DNA from: Oscillospiraceae bacterium
GTDB lineage: Bacteria; Bacillota; Clostridia; Oscillospirales; JAGBHD01
DNA length: 44,504 nt
Assembly: GCA_045592865.1 (NCBI GenBank)
Contig: JAZNVP010000022.1
Span: 1-44,504 of the forward strand
Reading direction: 5' to 3'
How positions within the stretch are numbered: the first letter of the stretch is position 1; each line of letters opens with the position of its first letter. The notes below the pieces were generated by a model. That model worked only from the letters and a program-made list of their open reading frames with translations, did no database searches and was not told where the DNA came from. Below are positions 37,282 through 44,504 of this stretch, piece after piece. A program made the position numbers and the translations under genes.

Positions 37282-37518
37282 TTACTTTCCTTTCCTTTTG
37301 GGGTAAACCTCGGGAACCGGGTCATACCCGCCTTTATGATAAGGATTACAACGAATAATCCGTTTAACCGCAAGTTTAGATCCCCTTAACGCCCCGTGCT
37401 TTTCCACCGCCTCTAAGGCATAAGCAGAGCAGGTCGGATAAAACCTGCAACACGGTTTTTTAAGAGGTGAAATAAATCTTCTGTAAAAAGATATAAGCGC
37501 CAAAACAATTCGTTTCAT
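37282..37518 (-). CDS. yidD: Membrane protein insertion efficiency factor
   Basis: YRRFISP...[11 protein letters not shown]...RIIRCNP..GGYDPVP. Confidence 0.95.
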   Translation of the reverse strand: MKRIVLALISFYRRFISPLKKPCCRFYPTCSAYALEAVEKHGALRGSKLAVKRIIRCNPYHKGGYDPVPEVYPKRKGK

Positions 37519-37841
37519 ATAACTTCAAGTTTTTTAAGACATTTTAACATGTCCTCTTTCACCCTGCACATCTTCTTCAGGTGAATGCCGCTTCTGGCAA
37601 CAAAGATAAAGTCGGTTTTTCTTTTTATCTGGTTCTCTTTAAGAATTTCGCGAAAGGCGGCGCGTAAAAGTCTTTTCGCGCGGTTTCTCTGAACCGCACC
37701 GCCAACCTTTTTCCCCGCAACAACGGCAAACCTGCCTTCATATCTGCTTCTCAGAGAGTAAGCGACCAAAGTTGAGGCAGGCGCGCTTTTGCCTTTATGA
37801 AAAATTCTTAAAAAATCACGGTTCTGTTTTATTATTTCCAA
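37515..37841 (-). CDS. rnpA: Ribonuclease P protein component
   Basis: [17 protein letters not shown] (RNR motif); TTG start after GAGGTG. Confidence 0.93.
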   Translation of the reverse strand: MEIIKQNRDFLRIFHKGKSAPASTLVAYSLRSRYEGRFAVVAGKKVGGAVQRNRAKRLLRAAFREILKENQIKRKTDFIFVARSGIHLKKMCRVKEDMLKCLKKLEVI

Positions 37842-37892
37842 AAAAACACACCTCTAAAAAAGAAAGACCACAATAAATGTGGCCGCTTTTTA

Positions 37893-38027
37893 TCAGTAGG
37901 TTAAAACCTTTCTGCCTTTTGCTCTTCTGCGAGCCAAAACCTTTCTACCGTTCTTGGTAGCCATTCTCTTTCTAAAACCGTGCTCTTTTTTTCTCTGACG
38001 CTTTTTCGGTTGATAAGTCTGTAACAT
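37893..38027 (-). CDS. rpmH: 50S ribosomal protein L34 (44 aa, absent from ORF track)
   Basis: Manual translation [44 protein letters not shown]; GGAGG RBS. Confidence 0.97.
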   Translation of the reverse strand: MLQTYQPKKRQRKKEHGFRKRMATKNGRKVLARRRAKGRKVLTY

Positions 38028-38084
38028 TATTCAGCCCTCCTTAATTACAAGATTACAGATTGTCGGACAATCCTACGAGGATAT

Positions 38085-38114
38085 ATTATATATCACAACA
38101 CCCCGTTATGTCAA
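38085..38114 (-). promoter_or_regulatory. SigA promoter of rpmH operon
   Basis: TTGACA, 18 bp, TATAAT. Confidence 0.75.
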
Positions 38115-38120
38115 GCAAAA

Positions 38121-39239
38121 TTATTCGAGTTTGAAAATTTTGCAAAAAAAATCTATAAGCCTTTTAAATAAGGACGGAGCCTTTTCTTTTGCCTTTATAT
38201 CCTCTCCCGCGGTTATGGGTGCACTGTAGATCTCCTTATCCCCCGAAAAGTATGAAACCGAGCCTATCTTATCGCCCTTTTTGACGGGAGCATAGACCCC
38301 CTCGGGAAGAAAAACCTTTTTTATGGGTTCTTCTCCCGAAAAGTAAAACCTTTCCTCTGCCGAAAAGGCCTTTAAATTCTCTTTATCTCCCCCGTAAACC
38401 CTTAAAGAAAATTCTTCTCTCGGGCAAGTCTTTTCCTTTAACAGAGAAAAACCGTAATCGTAAAGTTTTTGATGCTCTTCCCAATCGTTAGAAGCCTTGA
38501 GAGTCACCGCTATGAGCACCACGCCCTCTCTTTCACAGGCAGAAACAAGACACCTTCCCGCCTTTCTGGTGTATCCCGTTTTTATACCTATATACCCGTC
38601 CCCCATCGTGAGCAGCTTGTTGTGATTATAAAGGGTCCTCCGATATGGCGGAGAACCGTAGGAGATCGTTATGCTTTTAGAGGAACAGACCGATCTGAAA
38701 AGAGGATTTTCGAGAGAAGCGGCACCGAGAAGCGCCATGTCGTAAGCCGTGCTGTAATGCTCTTCGTGGTGAAGTCCCGAAGGGGTAACGAAATTGGTGT
38801 TTTTCATACCGATTTCTTTAGCCCTCTCGTTCATAAGGTCGGAAAACGCCGAAAGACTCCCCGATATTCTTTTTGCCGCTTCATTAGCCGCATCGTTTCC
38901 CGAAGAAAGAAGCATTCCGACAATAAGGTCGTAACAAGACACCCTATCCCCCTCTTTAAGACCCATAGAGGTTCCCTCAACCTTGATCGCCTCGGGAGAC
39001 ACGGGGGTGTCCTCGTATAGATTTTCCGTCTCTGAAGCAAGAAGTGCCGTCATAATTTTGGTTGTGCTCGCAACGGGCAGTTTCTCGTTTTCGTTTTTGC
39101 CCCAGATTATTTCTCCTCCAACGTTTATAAGCACCGCCGACGAAGCCGTAACGTCAAACTCTTCGGCGCTCACCCTTGGAAAAACCGAGAAAATGAACAC
39201 AAGTATGAGTGTAATAGAAACCGCCCTTTTCAAACTCAT
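38121..39239 (-). CDS. D-alanyl-D-alanine carboxypeptidase (S11, DacB/DacF-like)
   Basis: Signal peptide; ASTTKIMT, SGNDAA, GIKTGYT. Confidence 0.92.
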   Translation of the reverse strand: MSLKRAVSITLILVFIFSVFPRVSAEEFDVTASSAVLINVGGEIIWGKNENEKLPVASTTKIMTALLASETENLYEDTPVSPEAIKVEGTSMGLKEGDRVSCYDLIVGMLLSSGNDAANEAAKRISGSLSAFSDLMNERAKEIGMKNTNFVTPSGLHHEEHYSTAYDMALLGAASLENPLFRSVCSSKSITISYGSPPYRRTLYNHNKLLTMGDGYIGIKTGYTRKAGRCLVSACEREGVVLIAVTLKASNDWEEHQKLYDYGFSLLKEKTCPREEFSLRVYGGDKENLKAFSAEERFYFSGEEPIKKVFLPEGVYAPVKKGDKIGSVSYFSGDKEIYSAPITAGEDIKAKEKAPSLFKRLIDFFCKIFKLE

Positions 39240-39279
39240 TCCCCCTTAAGTTTATGTAAGATTATATTCTTTCAGGGGC

Positions 39280-40176
39280 CTATTTATGTTTTTCTTTCCT
39301 TCTGAGTTCCTTGATAACCGCCGAAAGCCTTATAAAATTTTCTTCCCCGAGCCGATAAAGAGGAAGTCTCGTCTCTCCAACCTTTTCCCCCAATATGTTC
39401 ATTGCCGCTTTAACGGGTATCGGGTTCACCTCGCAGAAAAGCGTTTTTATAAGTTTAAAATATTTAAGTTGAATGTCCGCAGCACCAAAAACGTCTCCCG
39501 AAAAAACTTTTTCGCAAATATATTGAATTTCTTTAGGAATTATATTAGCCGCAACCGAAATGACCCCTTTCCCTCCAAGCGAAAGCACGGGAAGTATCTG
39601 CCCGTCGTTTCCCGAATATAGAGAAAAGTCTTTCGAGCAGCTTGATAGAATAGCCGCCGTTTTCTCAATATCAGATGACGCCTCTTTTATACCTATTATA
39701 TTAGGGTGCAAACTCAGTTCTTTAACCGCAGAAACGGGAATATCGTAGCCCGTTCGCGAGGGAACGTTATAAATAATAACGGGAACGGGAGAATTTTCGG
39801 CAATAACCTCAAAATGCCGAAGCACCCCACCCGTATTGGTCTTGTTGTAAAATGGCGTAAGTTGTAAAACCGCGTCGGCACCTACCGATGCCGCTATCCT
39901 TCCCTTTTCAACCGACCGAAGCGTGTTGTTGCTCCCCGCCCCGACAAGAAGCGGGACTCGTGTGTCCGTCCCCTTTTTCGCCTCTTTAATTATCTTCTTA
40001 AACTCCCCGTCGGTAAGGGTCGAGCCCTCGCCCGTCGTTCCGCAGACCAAAACAGCCTTGGTTCCCGCTTCTATCTGCCTTTCTATAAGCTCTCTGAGTT
40101 TTATGAAGTTTACTCCCCCGTCTTCCTTAAACGGAGTTATAAGCGCCACCGCACTCCCTTTAAAAAGTTCTCTCAA
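39280..40176 (-). CDS. dapA: 4-hydroxy-tetrahydrodipicolinate synthase
   Basis: ALITPF, GTTGE, YNVPSRTG, GIKEAS, YSGND, EVNPIPVK. Confidence 0.92.
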   Translation of the reverse strand: MRELFKGSAVALITPFKEDGGVNFIKLRELIERQIEAGTKAVLVCGTTGEGSTLTDGEFKKIIKEAKKGTDTRVPLLVGAGSNNTLRSVEKGRIAASVGADAVLQLTPFYNKTNTGGVLRHFEVIAENSPVPVIIYNVPSRTGYDIPVSAVKELSLHPNIIGIKEASSDIEKTAAILSSCSKDFSLYSGNDGQILPVLSLGGKGVISVAANIIPKEIQYICEKVFSGDVFGAADIQLKYFKLIKTLFCEVNPIPVKAAMNILGEKVGETRLPLYRLGEENFIRLSAVIKELRRKEKHK

Positions 40177-40239
40177 TATTATCCCTCCCCGAAAATCTTT
40201 AAAACATTATATTCAATTTTCATAAATAGGTGATTATTC

Positions 40240-40268
40240 TTGCCTTTTGTGAAATTTTGACATATAAT
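40240..40268 (+). promoter_or_regulatory. SigA promoter of queA-tgt
   Basis: TTGCCT, 17 bp, TATAAT. Confidence 0.65.
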
Positions 40269-40294
40269 ATGTAAAAAACCCATGGGGGACGAAA

Positions 40295-41320
40295 ATGCTC
40301 AGAAAATCAGATTTTTATTACGACCTTCCCGAAAGCCTTATAGCGCAAACACCCGTAGAGCCCAGAAACTCTTCAAGGCTTTTGGTTGCAAATAGAGAAA
40401 ACGGCGGGATCACCCACTCCCATTTTTATAACCTCAGAGAGTTTCTCAGAGAGGGCGACCTTCTCGTTATGAACGACTCCAAGGTTATCCCTGCCCGTCT
40501 TTTCTGCGAGATAGAGGGCAGAAAAACGGGCGGCGAACTGCTTCTTTTAAAGCAGCTCGGGAACGACCTCTGGGAAGCGATAGTAAAACCCGGCAAAAAG
40601 TTAAAGGTCGGCGCAAAACTTTCGGTCGGTTCGGTTCTCTTCGGAACGGTTGAAGATGTTTTAGCGGACGGAAACCGTATTATCCGCTTTTCATTCGAAG
40701 GAAACTTCTATGAAATTCTCGACCGCCTCGGCAAGATGCCTCTTCCCCCTTATATAACCGCACCTTTAGAAGATAACGACCGATACCAAACGGTATACGC
40801 CAAAGATCTCGGCTCGGCGGCGGCGCCAACGGCAGGCCTTCATTTCACAAACGAGATGCTGAAAGAACTTAAAAACAGCGGCATCGAAACCGCTTTCGTG
40901 ACCCTGAACGTAGGTCTCGGCACCTTCCGTCCCGTTAAAGAGGATATAATCACCGACCACAAAATGCATTCCGAGCACTTTTTCGTGCCGGACGAAACCG
41001 CCGAAAAAATTAAAGAAACCAAGAAAAAAGGCGGCAGGGTCATCGCGGTGGGAACAACGAGCGTCAGAACGCTTGAGTCGGCTTTTTCGGAAGATATCGA
41101 GCTTGAAAAACAGTCGGGAGACACCGATATTTTTATCTATCCCCCTTATAAATTCAAGGTTGCAGACGCGCTTATCACGAACTTCCATCTCCCCGAAAGC
41201 ACCCTTATTATGTTAGTCAGCGCAATGCTCGGGTATGATAATACAATGAAGGCATATAAGACCGCGGTTGAAGAAAAATACCGCTTTTTCAGCTTCGGCG
41301 ACGCGATGCTCATCCTATAA
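40295..41320 (+). CDS. queA: tRNA preQ1 S-adenosylmethionine ribosyltransferase-isomerase
   Basis: LPESLIAQ, MPLPPYI, RYQTVYA, AAPTAGLHF, TNFHLP, YRFFSFGDAM. Confidence 0.97.
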   Translation: MLRKSDFYYDLPESLIAQTPVEPRNSSRLLVANRENGGITHSHFYNLREFLREGDLLVMNDSKVIPARLFCEIEGRKTGGELLLLKQLGNDLWEAIVKPGKKLKVGAKLSVGSVLFGTVEDVLADGNRIIRFSFEGNFYEILDRLGKMPLPPYITAPLEDNDRYQTVYAKDLGSAAAPTAGLHFTNEMLKELKNSGIETAFVTLNVGLGTFRPVKEDIITDHKMHSEHFFVPDETAEKIKETKKKGGRVIAVGTTSVRTLESAFSEDIELEKQSGDTDIFIYPPYKFKVADALITNFHLPESTLIMLVSAMLGYDNTMKAYKTAVEEKYRFFSFGDAMLIL

Positions 41321-41443
41321 AGGATGAGCAGGTAAGAAGTAAGAGGTAATAGTGAAGAGGTAAGGTGTCGGCTTCGCCGACAGATTATAAAAGTTCTTTT
41401 CACATATACTGTAAACCTCGGCGACGCGATGTTTATTGTGTAA
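41295..41443 (+). repeat. 14-bp direct repeat duplicating the queA 3' end, enclosing heptamer repeats and two hairpins
   Basis: TCGGCGACGCGATG at 41295-41308 and 41418-41431; CAGGTAA GAAGTAA GAGGTAA TAGTGAA GAGGTAA at 41329-41363. Confidence 0.85.
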
Positions 41444-41476
41444 AAAACTAATAAAAAATGATAAAAAGAGGTAAAA

Positions 41477-42607
41477 ATGTTTAAACTTATTAAAAAAGAG
41501 GGCGCCGCAAGACTCGGCGAAATAACCACCGTTCACGGTGTTGTTAAGACCCCCTGTTTTATGAACGTTGCAACCCAAGGCGCCATTAAAGGCGGCCTCT
41601 CGGGCGACGATCTTATAAACGAACATTGCCAGATAGGTCTTTGCAACACCTATCATCTCCACCTGCGCCCCGGCGACGAAGTTGTCAGAGAGATGGGCGG
41701 AATTCGCGCAATGATGAACTTCCCGCTTCCCGTTCTCACAGACTCGGGCGGCTTTCAGGTGTTTTCCCTTTCTGATACAAGAACAATAAGTGAAGAAGGC
41801 GTTACCTTTGCTTCCTATCTCGACGGGCGAAAGATTTTTATGGGCCCCGAAGAGAGCATGAGGGTGCAGTCTAACCTCGCTTCCACAATTGCGATGGCGT
41901 TCGATGAATGCGTTGGAATGCCCGCCGAATACGAATATTCCAAGGCCTCCGCCGAGAGAACGGTCCGTTGGCTTTACAGATGCAAGGAAGAAATGGAGCG
42001 CCTTAATTCTCTTCACGATACCCTCAACAAAAAGCAGCTCCTTTTTGGAATTAACCAGGGCTGCACCTTTAAGGATATAAGGCAAAAGAATATGGAAGAT
42101 ATCGTTAAACTCGACCTCGACGGATATGCTATCGGCGGACTTGCGGTTGGCGAGAAGGCAGAAGAAATGTATGAGACCATCGAGGCGGTTGAACCCATAA
42201 TGCCCGTCCACAAGCCCCGTTATCTTATGGGCGTTGGCACCCCCGTTAACATTATCGAAGGTGTTTACAGGGGCGTTGATATGTTCGACTGCGTTATGCC
42301 TTCACGCAATGCGCGTCACGGTTATCTTTTCACCTGGGACGGCACCGTTAATTTAAACAACGAAAAATATAAGACCGACCCCGGTCCCATCAGCGATAAG
42401 TGCGACTGTCTTGCCTGCCGAAGATACACGCGCAGTTATCTTCGCCACCTCTTAAAGAGCGGAGAAATGCTCGGTATGCGCCTTCTTGTTTCGCATAACA
42501 TTCATTTTTATAACACGCTTATGGAAAGAATCCGAGAGGAACTCGAAAACGGGACCTTCTCTGAGTTCAGAGAAAAATACGTTCCGATTCTCCAGAAAAG
42601 AATATAA
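41477..42607 (+). CDS. tgt: tRNA-guanine transglycosylase
   Basis: NTYHL, TDSGGFQVFSL, AFDEC, GGLAVGE, YLMGVG, DMFDCV, CDCLAC...HN zinc site. Confidence 0.97.
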   Translation: MFKLIKKEGAARLGEITTVHGVVKTPCFMNVATQGAIKGGLSGDDLINEHCQIGLCNTYHLHLRPGDEVVREMGGIRAMMNFPLPVLTDSGGFQVFSLSDTRTISEEGVTFASYLDGRKIFMGPEESMRVQSNLASTIAMAFDECVGMPAEYEYSKASAERTVRWLYRCKEEMERLNSLHDTLNKKQLLFGINQGCTFKDIRQKNMEDIVKLDLDGYAIGGLAVGEKAEEMYETIEAVEPIMPVHKPRYLMGVGTPVNIIEGVYRGVDMFDCVMPSRNARHGYLFTWDGTVNLNNEKYKTDPGPISDKCDCLACRRYTRSYLRHLLKSGEMLGMRLLVSHNIHFYNTLMERIREELENGTFSEFREKYVPILQKRI

Positions 42608-42638
42608 AAAAAGGCGAGGAATTTTCCTCGCCTTTTTT
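42606..42638. terminator. Bidirectional terminator
   Basis: AAAAAAGGCGAGGAA/TTCCTCGCCTTTTTT. Confidence 0.85.
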
Positions 42639-42647
42639 CATCGGCAG

Positions 42648-43010
42648 TTATGTAATATTGCCGATGGAGTTCAGTCCAAAACTGATAGAAAGCGCTCTAT
42701 CAATCTTTTCCATTGATTTTTCATCAAGAAAGCCCATTTTTTCCCGCAGCCGACGCTTATCAAGTGTTCTTATCTGCTCTAAAAGCACCACAGAATCTTT
42801 CATAAGGCCGCTTTCGGGCGAATCAAGTTCAATGTGGGTCGGGAGCTTTGCCTTTTCTTTCTGACTTGTTATTGCCGCCGCAATAACCGTTGGGCTATAT
42901 CTGTTTCCAACGTCGTTCTGAACGATGAGAACGGGTCTTATTCCGCCCTGCTCAGACCCCACAACCGGACTTAAATCTGCAAAATAAAGCTCGCCGCGTT
43001 TAACCGTCAT
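42648..43010 (-). CDS. mazF: PemK/MazF-family endoribonuclease (NdoA/EndoA-like)
   Basis: [53 protein letters not shown]. Confidence 0.93.
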   Translation of the reverse strand: MTVKRGELYFADLSPVVGSEQGGIRPVLIVQNDVGNRYSPTVIAAAITSQKEKAKLPTHIELDSPESGLMKDSVVLLEQIRTLDKRRLREKMGFLDEKSMEKIDRALSISFGLNSIGNIT

Positions 43011-43117
43011 TTTTATCCTCTCCGTTTTTAGTTTCTTTGATTATATTTTTGGCAGCTTTAATCTGTTTAATCATCACAGAGAGAATATTTTTCTTTTATA
43101 TAATATGAAATTTTTTC

Positions 43118-44245
43118 CTATTTGTTAAAAGGAACGGGCGAGAAACGAAAGTCTTCCCCGTCGGGAACGCCTTTTTTTGCGATAAGGTTATACATATCGG
43201 TGCAAAAAGCCTCTTTTTCCGCCTGTTTTTCGGCGGCGGGGGATATTTTTTTCGCGTCGCCGAGCGCCGTTATTATCGGAAGAGGAGAACTTTTCTTTGC
43301 CGACGCGAGAATTTCTCTTCCCTTTTCATTAAAGGCAAGAACCCTTATATACTGCGGCCTTTCATCGCCCTTTTCTATCCTTAAAAACAGCGCCGTCAGA
43401 ATTCTTCTTATTCTTGCCATCGTGTATCTCTTGGTTTTTATCTTTTCCTTTAATTCTTCGAAGCCGGAAGAGTTTTTAAGCGCCTCTTTAATTCGGTTTT
43501 CAAGCCCCTCGGAAACGCCGGGCGCTTTTTTTATCTCCTCGGGAGAAAGCCTTTTAAGATAAGAAAACACAACCTCTTCGGCGCGTTTTTCGGGGAATTT
43601 TTCGCATTCCGAAAACACCCGTGCTGCTTTCTCGGGGATAAATTTTTCGCCCTCTTCCCGTGAGAGCGCTCTTATAAAGGAAGCCGAGGCAAAAATTCCG
43701 TCTGTGCTTTCGCCGTCATGGGAAGCGCCCACCCTCTTGACCGCGATCGGTCGGACGTTTTTCGGCAAATTTTTTATATATTCAAGCGCTAATATATTAT
43801 TGGGGGTTAAAAGGTCTTCCCCGAGTTTTTCCGAAAGGGCGCGAGGATAACTTTTACCTTCCTTTAAGGCTTCTTTGACCGAGCCTGACTCTTCGGCTTT
43901 CTTTAGCGCCTTTTGGGCATTAAGAAGTTTTTCAACGCTTTCGCACTCGGTTCCGAACACAAGCGCCTCTATCCCGAGAGAAAGAAGAATTTCGACGGCA
44001 CTTTTTGCAAAATCGGGTGCCGCAGAAATCGCCGCTCCCGATGGCAGTTCAACAACGAGGTCTACCCCCTCTGCAACCGCCGCAAGTGCCCTTTTCCACT
44101 TATCGTAAACCGAAAAAGAACCCCGCTGACAGACGTTAGGGCTCATAACCGCAACGACCCCGTCGCAGTTTTCACGCGCTTTATCTATTAAATATTTATG
44201 CCCGTTATGAAAGGGATTGAATTCTGCCACTATTCCGCCAAGCAT
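43118..44245 (-). CDS. tmcAL: tRNA(Met) cytidine acetate ligase (YlbM/TmcAL family)
   Basis: AEFNPFHNGH, GVDLVVELP, PNNILALEY, SASFIR, EGLENR, KTKRYT..RIRR. Confidence 0.88.
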   Translation of the reverse strand: MLGGIVAEFNPFHNGHKYLIDKARENCDGVVAVMSPNVCQRGSFSVYDKWKRALAAVAEGVDLVVELPSGAAISAAPDFAKSAVEILLSLGIEALVFGTECESVEKLLNAQKALKKAEESGSVKEALKEGKSYPRALSEKLGEDLLTPNNILALEYIKNLPKNVRPIAVKRVGASHDGESTDGIFASASFIRALSREEGEKFIPEKAARVFSECEKFPEKRAEEVVFSYLKRLSPEEIKKAPGVSEGLENRIKEALKNSSGFEELKEKIKTKRYTMARIRRILTALFLRIEKGDERPQYIRVLAFNEKGREILASAKKSSPLPIITALGDAKKISPAAEKQAEKEAFCTDMYNLIAKKGVPDGEDFRFSPVPFNK

Positions 44246-44358
44246 TAGTTTCTCCTTTTCTAAAAAACTCTTGCAAACTCTGTAAAAGTATACTATATTA
44301 TTATATGGTAATTTTAATATAGTTTAATAAATATTTCAATACATTGGGGGAAACAAAA

Positions 44359-44504
44359 ATGAAAATCTTAGTTATCAACGCAGGAAGTTCTTCAATGAAA
44401 TATCAGCTCATTGATATGACCGACGAAAAGGTTATCGCAAAAGGTAACTGCGAAAGGGTTGGTATTGTCGGTCTTTTCAGCCTCAAAACTGCTGACGGCA
44501 GAGC
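44359..44504 (+). CDS. ackA: Acetate kinase, 3'-truncated by window edge (absent from ORF track)
   Basis: Manual translation [35 protein letters not shown]; promoter TTGCAA-17-TATATT at 44271-44299. Confidence 0.92.
   Translation, partial: MKILVINAGSSSMKYQLIDMTDEKVIAKGNCERVGIVGLFSLKTADGR

Noticed and set aside
38028-38120. oriC next to rpmH
   Set aside because: Only 93 bp, no DnaA boxes seen, no dnaA
41329-41363. CRISPR array
   Set aside because: 7-bp tandem units without spacers; no cas genes in window
41421-41451. preQ1-I riboswitch upstream of tgt (TAAAAAACTAA tail)
   Set aside because: The A-rich tail resembles the aptamer 3' end, but no proper P1 stem with the conserved loop precedes it, and the upstream bases are explained by the queA duplication; cmscan would settle it
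41315-42211. 298-aa minus-strand ORF
   Set aside because: Antisense shadow of tgt

Overview
Mostly housekeeping chromosome of an anaerobic, spore-forming Clostridia-class bacterium (inferred from the HydABC hydrogenase, SleB, DacB-like protein and dockerin). In order: partial mtnN; a small TM2/zinc-ribbon + XRE islet; nrdG-nrdD-trxB, where NrdD carries a C-terminal NrdH/glutaredoxin-like domain and sits behind tandem NrdR boxes; pgk-tpiA-gpmI; sleB; a DeoR regulator; a 1562-aa mosaic secreted dockerin protein; hydCBA; thrC divergent from hom-aspartokinase-asd; a GH78 rhamnosidase + AraC pair; mreB-mreC-orf-mreD-pbp2-aroK; an aminopeptidase P; rpmH-rnpA-yidD-yidC-jag, detached from dnaA and mnmE; a D,D-carboxypeptidase; dapA; queA-tgt; an orphan MazF; tmcAL; partial ackA. 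I saw no CRISPR array, rRNA, tRNA, integrase or intact transposase. The most interesting signals are the apparently self-contained redoxin-coupled class III RNR and four structured intergenic elements: a four-way junction between direct repeats upstream of mreB, a heptamer-repeat insert that duplicates the queA 3' end, a multi-stem element after sleB, and a miniature IS3-like element after asd. All calls come from reading motifs by eye; no database search or folding was run.
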